Source of the DNA: Callorhinchus milii
Taxonomy: Eukaryota
Direction: 5' to 3'
Assembly: GCF_018977255.1 (NCBI RefSeq)
Contig: NW_024704742.1
Span: 22,074,001 to 22,138,000, forward strand
DNA: 64,000 bases
Shown: positions 23,362-35,850 of the stretch, in pieces
Layout of the letters: each line of letters opens with the position of its first letter
How positions within the stretch are numbered: the stretch's first letter is position 1
Notes under the pieces: generated by a model
Told to the model about the DNA's origin: nothing
Seen by the model: the letters and a program-made list of their open reading frames with translations, nothing else
Databases searched by the model: none
Translations under genes and position numbers: made by a program

Positions 23362-23807
23362 TGGCAGATTGAGATAACGAGAACTGTACGGTTTTTATTA
23401 ATTACACTGCACCCTTCTTTACTATGCTATTTGTTATCATGTGTCCTGGCTAATAATCCCCCAAGTAAAATTAGTCATTCCCTTCACGGACATTTGTGGA
23501 ATACCGATTTGTGCAAATTGCCTGCCACATTTAAGTACACAAGCACACTTCCTAGTAAAATTCTGCAAAGTTCTTTGAAACGTCTCAATGACGTGATAAT
23601 GTGCTATATCAACATGCAAGGATTATATTTATAGAAAGGGCAATTTACCCATATGTATGAAGAAAAAAAGAGGGAAACAGATCTCCAATCTGTTGCCCAA
23701 TCCCATTTTTGTTTGCTCCCTATGAATACTAACTTCACAAAAATTCACCAGGTTTTCAGTCATACATTTTAAATGAACATGAAACAGATAACCATCTTAT
23801 CTGCCTT

Positions 23808-24227
23808 TGAATTCAAGATCCTCATCCTCACCTACAAGGCTATTCACGGCCTTGCTCCCTCCTACCTACTATCCCCCTACTTACCTGCCCGTACCCTCCG
23901 TTCCTCTGGCTCCGGTCTGCTCCACATCCCCTGCCCCAACCGCCCTACCATCGGTGGCCGGGCCTTCAGCCTCTCAGCCCCGAGGCTCTGGAACTCTGTC
24001 ACCCAGTGCCTTCGCTGCCGCCTCCCTTTCCTCCTTCAACGCCGGTCTCAAGACCTTTCTCTTTGACCGTGCCTTCAGCTCCCCTCTCGACTCTCTACCC
24101 CCTCCTCGCTCCCTCCCTTCCCTCCCCTGACCATGTCCCCACCGGCTCGGGTCCCGACCCAACTGTCCATTGGGACACCTCCCGACGTGAAAGGCACTCT
24201 ATAAATGAAATCTTGTTGTTGTTGTTG
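23808..24227 (+). mobile_element. L2 LINE 3' fragment, close relative of the 18.6-kb copy
   Basis: Encodes FKILILTYKAIHGLAPSYL...GGRAFSLSAPRLWNS; (TTG)n tail. Confidence 0.92.
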
Positions 24228-24574
24228 AATGATGGTTAAATGCTTAAGGTTAATTTAAGTATGTAAACATTGTCTTTGCCTTTTAATTCTGGTTCCATTT
24301 TTCTCACCTTACTCTACCTCTCCTCTTCTGAAGCATCAACTCAACAACAACAACATCTTATATTTATATAATTCCCTTCATGGGGGATAGCATCCCGGAG
24401 TGCTTAAACTGAAGCACAGTGCCAGCCCTCTATTATCTTACCCAAGTGGCTATTTTTTATGTGTGAGCCTAGACAGTGATAGCTGGTAGACTGTTTGGCT
24501 AAAGCAGCTACTGCAGCCAAGCCAAATTGTTCCCTTACCTGACATCTATCATTCATTAAAGAAAGAAAAATAAT

Positions 24575-24755
24575 AAAAATTGGTCATTTCAATCCACGAC
24601 TGTTTGTGGGACACTGCTATGTGCAATTGGCTGCCGCGTTTCGCCCACAAACATACAGTCAATTCACTTTACAGTCTATTCTGTGAAGCGCTTTGAGACG
24701 TTTAGAAGATGTAAAAAGTGCTATATCAAATACAAGGATTATTATTATTATTATT
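24575..24755 (+). mobile_element. 5'-truncated SINE (Deu-like core and tail)
   Basis: Matches the 3' half of the SINE family; ends in (ATT)n. Confidence 0.85.
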
Positions 24756-25684
24756 AAAGGTGTGTGGATTGTGATAGGGACAGGGAAACCTGACAGATTT
24801 TTCCTTTCCCTTGCTCAAGGCATTGAGATTGATCACAGTGCTTCACAATCTTAGCTGAGATCACAGGAGACTTTCTTGTTCTCGATAAGTCCGTACATTG
24901 CACATGTACATTTGCTCATGCAGCTATAAGCAAAGGAATGGAGAATGAATGCAGTGGAAAACAGCAGCCACTATCCATTCCTATTGCCTGCAATTGCTTT
25001 CCTGAACACTGCAGTGGCCATGTTAGTGTTTAAAAGTTGCATTAAAATAAACAAAAATCTAAATTCTGTCTCAAGAACAATCCATTTCTCCAAGCCTAAA
25101 TCACAACCAAGCATACATCTTATTTTCAAATTAAATCTCGTTGTTCTACTACCAGATCCAAACAGATATTCATATCTTGCATGTTGATTGAAATAAGTGG
25201 CATTTATACAAATTTAATGATATGAAGACAACTAGATTGGAGCTCCTGAGTTTTTCATATTACATTCGAGTCGGTTATAAAATGCAAAATGCTCACCTCC
25301 AGAGAAATGCGTTATAATGAGGGTGGAGTGTAATTTCCAGTTTGCTGAGCACCTTAGTTCTCAATTAGATTTGCTTAAATTAAGGAAATTATTGTTTGCT
25401 GCTGTTAGAGCCCTAACATTTTTAATTTTGCAGAAATACTTCACTCGTAAACAACTCCTCAGAGGAACCTTTGGAGATATTAATATGGATGACTGGCACC
25501 TTAGTAAATGTCTAATCTTTGTACAAGATTGAATATTTTATTTAAAAGCTTTGCGATTCAATTTTTTCTGTTCAAGCAACAGAATATACATTCTGCATGT
25601 TACGAAGAAACTGCAATAGCCATGTATCCAGCACAAATTGTGTCAATTAAAATCAGTTTCTTTCAACTTGAGCTCATTGTAATG

Positions 25685-26150
25685 CAACAACTTGCGTTTA
25701 TATAGCGCCCTTCACGGATGGGTAGAACCCGGAGTGCTTGACAGTGGCGGAGGCTGACGCCGAGCCAGGGGGAGAAGGAGGTGACTGTAAGCACGATCAA
25801 AAAAGATCTTTAGGTGGGATTTGAAGGTAAGGAGAGGGCAAGGCAGAGGGATTGAGGGAGAGAGTTCCAGTTTGGGGGCATGGTAGCTGAAGACACAGCC
25901 ATCGATGGCGGAATGGAGGGCACGAGGGGCAAACAGGTATGGATGGAGGCGGGCAATGTGACGGAGGTGGAAAAAATCGTTCCTGGTCAGGGAATGGGGT
26001 AGAAAGTTGGGGATCGAACCTGACCTCTAAATTACACATGGGTGAGTCTGGGAGAGCCCGGGGAGGATGAAGAGCTCAGATCCGCAGGAGAGATGTTGAC
26101 AGGAGGCAGAGTATGGTTTCCATCTTGCCATTCAGCTGTAGGAAATTTTG
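25685..26150 (-). mobile_element. Degenerate L2 3' fragment
   Basis: Begins CAACAACTTGCGTTTATATAGCGCCCTTCAC (L2 tail, reverse); GAGTTCCAG and GCTGAAG motifs shared with other copies. Confidence 0.7.
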
Positions 26151-29100
26151 TGAGGGGGTGGTTTGGGTCATTTACAGTACAAAAAAAAGTTTAAACCTGA
26201 TTTATTAAAGAATTGTTCTTTCATCTCATATCATGGAATTGTCCAATAAGAAGATAAATTCAACATACATTTATATAGCATCCTTCATGAGGGTTATGTC
26301 TTGGAGTGCTGTACAGAGAGGGGGTTCAGGCCCAAGCAAGGGAGAGGGGGGTGGGGGTGGGGGGGAGAAGGAGGTGTGATTTTAAGACTAAGAGGGCGCA
26401 AGATGGAGTGGTAGAAGAAGGGAGTACAAGAGGTAAGAACTGAGCAAGCCCAGCAATAATGAGCATCTCCAACAGGGCACAGCATGCAAAAGGCAAGCAG
26501 TAACCAGCCCTGTTCTGGGTGGAGAGCAGGAGCGTGTCTTTATTTTTCTTTCATGAGATGTGCCAGATCAAAATTTAGCATCTTAAGCTGTGTCACACAC
26601 CAATTTAACAGATAAACAGTAACCAAGGAAGTAGAGCATACACGATCAAAAAACACTTGCACTCCAACGCTTTCCATTTTACCAACAAACACACAAAAAG
26701 ATCAAAGTACACATTCATATGTTGTGCGAGCATGAATATTTAGATCACATACACATTGACTGTGTCTCTTACTCATTTTTTATTTACCGATCAAAAATGC
26801 AATTTAAGCACATCTGGATTCCCAATTAGCTACACGTGGCTGCTAGTGGCTAATGTATTGGACAATTCTGGTTTAAAGTATAGAGACTCCAAAACATTTC
26901 CTCCTGCAGATATTCACTTTGTGACTTTGAAACCGAAACCAAAGTAAATTTCTGCTGTGATAATGGAACTTCCAGGAGCAATATGTGCATCGTCTTTGTA
27001 GATCTTCAGAATCTCTTTTTAATACCTCCCACAAGGCACATAAGCAATCCATTGTGAGTTGTGATAATGACACATTGAACGCCTGGTGAGTTTCCTCAAG
27101 ATTTTTTCACAACGGAAAACAACCTGACTAGTAATTTTAAAACTAAATTTTGCCACGTGATGAAAGTTTGGTAAAAAACAATACACAATTTCTTTAAAAT
27201 CTTGGTGATTTATTACAATATATTGTATTTATTTAAATGCCATTTTAGTAGTATTAGTTAAATACCCAATACCACAATTGATATTAAATTGATACACAGT
27301 AGCATATATTAAATAGAATGTGACTTTTCTGTAAAAGTGCAAGCATGGAATGCTCGTCTCTGCTTCAGTACATCAGATGGGGCTTCTACTGATCAGTAAT
27401 AACCGACAGTACAAAAAAAACTATATTACCATAGGATGTGAAAACTTTGTATTAAATGCACCCAGAGCATATGACCAGCTAAACAGCATAAAGTCTGACA
27501 GAAAGAGAAGCACACTAAATTAGTCGGAATCAGCGAGTTAGACGAGGCCAATGAAACTGTTCGGTTTGTTGCTGCAGGCTGAGATTTCCCGAGAACTGGT
27601 TTAATTCTCCATTTTGTACAAAATCTGAATTAGAACTATGAACTCTGAATTTTGGACGATTGGTTTCAACAGTGTATTTTATAATAATAATATTATTATT
27701 TTAGCGACTTGGATCTGCATTGGAATTTAATGGGCTAGGCTAAAGCAAACTTGATTTCCCAGTCAAACCCACTTATCTCTAAATGTTCCTATAAATTTTA
27801 CATAACGTCAAATGGATTTTACGTCAAAATACATCAAAAGTTTTTAAAAACGATAAAAAACTGAACATTTTTCTTTGGAACCTTGCATTGTTCGAGTTTC
27901 ATAAGATACATCTTGTCCTCATTGGCAGGTGGACTCTGTTTAAAAGTGGCATCACATATACTCTTCCATTGCTTATGCCTGAGCCTAGGTCTTAAAAACA
28001 ATATTAATGTACTGAATTACTTTTTCTGAATTCTCTGACACAAATGTACTCAGATATGTGAACAAATTGTGTGATGTACATCACCTAAAAGATGTAGTCA
28101 ACTTCACTTTACAGTAATTCCTGTAAAGCATTTTGAGATGTCCTCCTGATACGAAAGGTGCTACAGTAGATCAAATTCAAAGATTATTATTTTATTATTA
28201 ATAAACAAGGAGCAGATTTGAAGCATTTACCCTTTTACAAAGTCAACATTTGACACATAAGAGGTATTTAAAGACAATGCAAAAGTAAAAAAAAACAAAA
28301 AATACAAAACAGATGTAAAAATAGCATCACAGCAGTCAGATCGTCATACTATTAAGTTTCTCAATTGTTTTGGTGAATCAATCTCAACACGAGCAACATT
28401 TCAGTAATATTGTTTGGACACTAAAATAGCTTGACATCTTCAAGATAATACAGAATATTGTACCAACAATCTCTGCTTGAATTTAATACGTGATGACTGT
28501 TGTGGTTTTACATTGTTTACCTTTACTTTGGTTTTATTTGAATTACTTTCAGGCCAAATATTTGGTTAGAAGACAACGTTGAGACAGAATCCATCAAACA
28601 ACTTCAATGTGATATAGCCCACAAGACCTAAACAAAATAAAATATTCTGCTACAACATAAATCAATATAATATTGAAATAAATGTTTAAAAAAGGACAAG
28701 GAGCACAAAATTAAATGGTATTGTAAAGTGCAAATATGTACATTTCACAAAACCAAAGAAATCACATTGATTACAATAAATACAAAGATTACATGTGGAG
28801 CACCAGGTAGTGCTTGTATTTGTAACATTTACTATGCATTTTATTGGACTCAGTTGCTGTGCAGACTAGTTTTGTAAATACCCAAGTCATTGCCTTTGAT
28901 AAGGACCAAATTACCATTAAACCAGGATCAGAACTCCAACCTTCACATGGTTAATCCAACAAATGTCATCAAAAGGCAACTGGCCATTGATTTGTCAATA
29001 TTCCAGTATGATTAGCAAAATGAAATTTGTCAACACTTGGTTATTTCAATGTTGCTAATCACCTCTCTTGCCGTACAAAAGAAGGCTATTAAAACCAACA

Positions 29101-30871
29101 GAATTAGAGTATGTGAACTGCCAGGCTGGTTAACAGCTGCTGAGTTTACAATACAGTAGAATGTGTAATATCCACACGCAAATGTAGGTTGTTCAACAGC
29201 AACCTACACTTTCCCGAAAGAGATGTACTTGTTCAAGTATATATGCACAGCATAAAATTCTACTATTTTTATGCATAAGCCCCTAACTTTGGAGTAAGTA
29301 TGCAATGCAGAGGAAATTGGTGTATCTTGGAAGTGTCTTTACATAAGTACAGTTGCAGGCAAGCATAAGAATAAAAATTGCAAGTAGCAGATGATGCTTG
29401 CTTTATCCAAATGTAACTGGTTCACAGACTCACACTTACAAGTTTGCTAATCTTAGTGCATCTGGGATATCCATGTTTTGTTTGTCAATAAACAGTGTAA
29501 AACCTGGATGATACAGGAATCTTCCATTGTTTGATGCTACACAAATATGCACCATCACTACACTGCATATTGAAGCGCTTCAAGAAAGCTCAATATGATA
29601 AGGTGCTACATCAAGTGCAAGGATTATGCAGGTATTGTAATGTAATACTTTACTTCACACAATGACCAGACAAACTGCATTTACAAATCCACAAGGAGGT
29701 TCCCTCATCAGTGGAGATTTGGCACTGTACTGCTGGTGTTGTAAGAAATGGCACACTTTGTTGGCCCAAATGGCCGTCTTAATTTCAGCTTGGTAATAAG
29801 CACCAGACTTTTTTCCCTTTAATATGATGCAAGGTTCATAGTATAGACGAGCTGCTTTACATTTCTAGGCACTGTCACAAAAGATTAACAGATTTTAAGT
29901 TCTTGTTCACAATTTAGTATTTTCACAAAGATAAGAACTGGAAAACAAGAAGACGGAGTGACATATGTTCTAATCAAAATGCTTTTGAGTTCAAACTTCC
30001 TTTATATTGCATGTTTGGCAGCAATTTTCCACCCGAAATTGAACATAAATCGTAGCTGAATCGTAGCAGTGTTCAATGTGCTGGAAAAGGTGTTTTGACA
30101 TTACCTGGGAAAGGTGGTCATATGCAGTTGCGGTTTAAACGGTGCTAATTACTAATGTTTAGTTTAACACTGAACACACCATTAACACTCAGCTTGCTCT
30201 TAAACGCACTTGGGTGGTCCATTTGACAACCCAAGAACCTTCAACAAACTGTTTTTAACATTATTGAAAAGCCAATCCACAACATCACTCCCCGCAGTAC
30301 AATCACAGCATTGGAGAGGAGAATGTCACAGCAGTTAAATTATACATTTCAAATCTGTTGATTTTACATAAAGAATCAAACCGTGAGTATAAAAATGCCG
30401 AAGACCTTTCAATTAGAGCTATTAAGTTACTTTTTACAAAAAATGTTGACCATTTGACCACGGTGTGAGTTTCATATCAGTTTTGCAAATACCCGTATTG
30501 ACACTAAATAGCTGGTTGTGGTGCTGTTGAACTTGTGGAACACACAGGATTATTCTCAGCACTGCCATCAGCAGGAACTAAGTGGTGCGGCAGCCTTGAC
30601 ATACTGTACCACTTTAATTCAATACAATGCTTACAACTTCCTCCCAAATGGAAAAATGAGAAAAGAAATATTGATGACATTCTATAGAAATCTGTGTAAT
30701 AACGTTATATTCTCACCCTCCAGAAATGACTAGATCCATGCAACCTTAAATTTCTTTCGCCAGTGGGGAAACAAAAAAAAATCACTAAACAATGTCCATT
30801 TAAGACAGTTTGATATTGTAACATCTCGACATCACCAAAATAGTCTGTCCCATTTCCCTGTATTATGTAAC

Positions 30872-31152
30872 CTTGCGAGAGACCTGAGTTCAATTCCAGG
30901 CAGGGCGAAACCTTGGGCAAGTTTCCTTACTCCACACCCCTAATAATAATCCCTCCCAAAAAACTAAAAACAATAATAAATTGGTCATTTTCAATCTACG
31001 ACTGTTTGTGGGACATTGCTGTGCGCAATTGGCTGCCGCGTTCGCCCACAAATATACAGTCAATACACTTTACAGTGTGTTCTGTGAAGCGCTTTGGGAC
31101 GTCCTCCCGACATGAAAAGCGCTATATCAAATGCAAGGATTATTATTATTAT
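30872..31152 (+). mobile_element. Young SINE, short variant, head truncated
   Basis: Nearly identical to the copies at 15955-16239 and 59837-60157. Confidence 0.9.
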
Positions 31153-34100
31153 TGACAAGCACCAATACTAAAACCATGATCAAAGAAGGAAAAGAGGTGA
31201 ATCTTGATTCTTCCCAGGGATCAGAGGGGAAGGGTGGGAATATGATGTGCAAGAGATACCATACAAAGAATGAAAACATGCTACATGTAGATATCATACT
31301 TTCCCCTTAATCATTCTCCAGCACAGTCCTAGAAACCTGTCAAATTGTGAAACTAAATTAGAAAAAGGAGGGAATACGAACCCGAGGCATAAAGATTTAC
31401 CTTCCGAATATACCACTCAAACCAAAACTTGCATTTATGTAGTGTGCTTCACACGGGGTAGCGTCCCCGATTAGTCTAAACAAAAATGTTTGGTGAAGGT
31501 GTGAGGATTCCTCCATTTCTAGAAAGATTTGACTCAGTGATGCTCAGGAGTCGAAAGTTGTACTACCTGGTCAGAGCTCATTACATTTTCTGAAGTCAAT
31601 GTAAGATCAGTAAAACACATGTTGGTAAGTCTGAAGAATCTAAGGACAGCCAATAACAGTTCAACAGAAATTCAGGTCCTCAAGGTTATCATCATAGAAA
31701 TAAATGTGCAAACCAAAGAGAATAGGAAGTGAACAGGATAGGGCTGTGTATAAGAACAACAACTTGGATTTATATAGCGTCCTTCACATGGAACAGCATC
31801 TCAGAAGATGAGGATTACAGAGATAGAAAAACTATAACGCAGAGAATCAACAAGACATTATCTTGAGGGGACATTTGGATTAAAAAAAGAAACAAGATGG
31901 TACCTAATGAAATATGTGACTTGGTCCAGACACATTTTTCTTTTTTTTTTAGTCAGCCGGGTATCTGACACATGCGGAAACCCATCACAATGCTTAGGAG
32001 TATCCAATCAAAGCTGAGATTTCCATGCATCCCACCTATACATGAAAATCCCAGAGATAGATTGTTGGACTGGAATGCACACTCTCTCTCTGAAGGGACA
32101 CATACCTGCTTACCTAATTCCGGAAAGTATTAGGCACAGGTTGGCAAGACCAAAGGCTGGAGTCGAACCAGCTAAAACCACATAGCTTGCCATTGATATT
32201 GCTGACTGGCAAGCTTTCCCCACTGCTTGTCCAGCTATGCCCCCAGTGACTGGTCTGCCCTTCCAGGTCCTACCGATGAGCCAGGCTGGCTGTGCTGTCA
32301 TCAGCAGTGTCTTGGAATATTGCACACCCGCTTTGCTCAGGCACCAGACAACTGAAACCTGCACAGAGGGTTGCTCTAATTCTGCTATTCCATTGCCAGA
32401 CATGTCACCTTGGAGCCAATTCAGCACAAGGAGACCCCAATTACAGACAACAAATTTTTGTTCAGAGAGAAAAGGCAGAAAAATCGATGGACACAGAGCA
32501 AAATTAGCAGCAGCAACTACAGCAATTTTGGCAATTAGTAAAGACACTGATGGATCTCATCAAAATAAATTCTAGAGATTTCTGGAGTAATCTGAATTGC
32601 AGATAAGACCTTGAAACTTCAAAAATTAGACCTATCCCTTTACGGTCAATGGGAATCAACCGAGGTAAAAAACAAATGAAAGAATTTGGCAGCGGAGAAA
32701 AATTCCCACTTTGATGGATATAAAGTGAAATTCTACAAGTTATTGTTGCCCAAGCTAGGGCCAATACTAATGGAGACCTTTGAATAAGTGTAACTTGATC
32801 CAAACTTTCTAATTAACTACACATAACAATAATTTTATTTTGGTGATGGCATAAAAAGAGAACAAATCTGTACACTGTGGTAGTTATTCTTTCAGTGTCC
32901 TGAGAAGCTACCCCACGTGAAGGGCACTATATAAATGTGAGTTGTTTACATGCTTATTTCTCTACTAAACACTGACTGCAAAATATTGGGAAAAGTGCTT
33001 ACATTTCTAATAGAATTAGATTAGTAATTAGAACCACACCATTAGCTTCATCATTACCAGTTATGATGCATATTCTAAAAATGAATATAAAGTGCTGACA
33101 TGCTTAATATCCCCTGAAGGATCTCCTATCAGGTAATCGGTTTGAGAAGATTTAAAAGACGATCTTGACCTTTCTAAGGAGGTAATACCATGCAACAGAT
33201 AGAAAAAATGGGGAGGGTGGAAATAATGAAAAACCATCAGACCATAAGAGATCAAACGACTGGAACACTGACCCATGCACAAATTGGTTAAGATCTCATT
33301 TGGAAACAAATACCTGTATCTTCAAATCTGATGACTAAGGCGAGACACTGGGAGTGTCAAACATGTTCGATCAATAAGCTAACCAGATAGAAGAGAATTG
33401 CAGAAGACTACAGTCATAGTGGAATCCATGTAAACTTAGCCAAAGATTGATCATATGCTAGAGCAGCAAGATGACATCCTCCAGGTAATATTTAAGCAGA
33501 ATACAAAGGAGAAGCATGTAAATCAGCAAACATTGTTGATGATTCTTGGACTCAGTCATCAGGATTTGACATGATGTCGAGGAAAGCATTCAACTACTTT
33601 CCACTTTACATAATGTGAAGCGCTTTGAGACGTCTGGAAGACAAGATAAGGCGCTATATGAAATGCAAGATTATTGTTAAACTTGAAGACAGGTGAACAA
33701 ACATATTGACAATATGTAAGACAGAACACATTTCATCAAATTAAGTCTGAGGCCAAATTAAGTGTCCTCATTTCATGGGTTAGGTATTTTGAAGATATTT
33801 CGCCGCTGTTATCTGGATGTATCCTTTAGTTCAAAAGCTATTGAAGCTTGGTCCACAATGTTATTCATGCACAGCACAGAGGGCAGTTTCAGTGTTGTGA
33901 ATGGTAATTTTAGGATGAGACTAGATACATAGCATAATCAGCACCTGAAACAGGTTAACACAAAGTCCAGGAGAAGCTAGAGAACAAAGTTTCAATGAAG
34001 AAACAGCTTGATAATGTAACAGGAGGATGTTAACTTTGGTATTATGGAAAGAGATCAAATGGCCCAAAAAGCATTCTTACTCTGAACCCAATATCGAACA

Positions 34101-35489
34101 CCATGAAGAGATATGAATTCCAGCAGTATTTAGAAGTTTCAGAAGGAAGAAAGAAAATTGACTGTCTTCAGTTTAATGTCACGGTTTGCATTCTTGCTGA
34201 ATTTAAATATGCTGTAGTTATAAGTTATCAGCTTAAAAATAAACTTGTTATTGAAATTTCTGTTATTCTGTTCCCCTTTACCTAGTATTTTTCCAACACC
34301 AAGAAATCCCCCCATATAAAAACCATAAATAATTATGAAAAAAATCATTCTAAACATACACAGAATTTTTATTTCAAATATATTATACAATAAAACAAAT
34401 TGTAACTAAAATCCATTTTATAATACTTTCTAGCCTTTATACCTCCCTTTATGCCTGAAAATCATAAAACGCATTCAAAAATTAATTAAATAAAAAAATC
34501 TGTACTATAATTTTAAAGCCAGTTATTAAATCGTACCAATGCCACACAATTATGGCCTAAGGATATCAGGTCTCTATAATTCAATTGTGTTTCCTAAAAT
34601 GATTATGTACAGCTATTCATTTTTAATGCAAGTTTATGCAATGATGTAAGCTATTTGAAAATACTATTGACCGTTTGTAAACGTTTGCTGTTTCTTTCTA
34701 ATTAGATTTTATTTTTGAGTCAGTAATATATTGTATCTAATATCTTATAGATATTATCTTATGAATAAACTACATGTGCTAAAATTATGAGTTTGTTTTA
34801 TCCCTCTCTACTGTTGCCAATTGTGCACTATTGCAACAGCAACCTTTCCCAAGTTCATGTAATTTGTCCTTTCATGCCAAAACACACTTTGGATTTCAAA
34901 TATAGGGAGCAGGGATACTCCTAGATCAGGTGATCCCAGATGGTCTCTGGCTGTCATTCTAGATTGCTTTCTTTGAAAGCTATCTCCCCATATATCTCCT
35001 TATTCTTCCCTCACTCCGATGGCCTCTCAAAGCAGCTCTAGTTTTGAAAGCAAAAGAAGTACTACTTGTATGATAGCCTTGTTTAATGTCTGTACAAAGT
35101 ACAATTTGCTTTTCCTTGTCAATACATTTTAGTATACTGTTCAACTCCTGATCTCTTCCACTTTATGGTACTTGTATGGTAAACTTATTTATCTAAAATA
35201 AATATCTCAAAGCACTTAATAGGAGCGAAGAATAGTGAGAAAGAAAGAAAAGGCAAGTGCAGCCAATCAAAGGCAAAGTCAATGACATAGGTCTATAAGA
35301 GATTTTTAATAAGGAGACAGAAAGGGACCCTAACTTGGATGACAATTCCAGAGCAGTGGCGTGTGGCTTAATGTTTGGCCTCCAAAGATGGAGTGTGGAG
35401 GCAGTCAGACATGAACATTAATCCAGATTCAAATGAGGAGGCTGAAGCTGGCTTGGAGAGCAGCCAAAAATTTGCAGATGAAGTGGAGA

Positions 35490-35850
35490 ATAACAACTTG
35501 CATTTACGTAGTACCCTTTCATGCAGGATAGCATCTCATAGCATCTCGCCACTTTACAGTGGCAGAGCCTAACGTCGAGCCAGAGGGAGGGACAAGTGAC
35601 CATAGGCACAGTCGAAGAGGAAGGCCTTCACGCGTGATCTGAAACAAGGAAGGAGGAAGCAAGGCGAAGGGATTGAGTTCCAAAGTTTCAAAGGGGTGTA
35701 GTAGCTGAAAGTATGGTGGAGCGGAGGGGAAAAAAGGACAAGTAGGAAGCTGGAGCCAGCCGATAGTAATTGTATGTGACTAGTGGTGCTCTCCATCTAG
35801 GGGAGTGGAGAGTAAACAGGTCGGAGGTAGGGAGGATTTTGAAATCAATA
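35490..35850 (-). mobile_element. Degenerate L2 3' fragment
   Basis: AACAACTTGCATTTA tail in reverse; ORF remnant KLWNSIP...KAFLFD. Confidence 0.7.

Noticed and set aside
30913..31155. Recurrent small ORF family MGKFPYS...VRNWLPR...KRFETS (also 882, 15998, 59836)
   Set aside because: Translations of repeated SINE copies starting at non-ATG codons; not a gene family.
33921..33944. Alternative SLC10A7 last exon candidate (acceptor CTGTTTCAG, VLIMLCI-stop)
   Set aside because: The exon at 38591-38629 gives the expected KLTR-type C-terminus; nothing beyond a splice-like motif supports this one.
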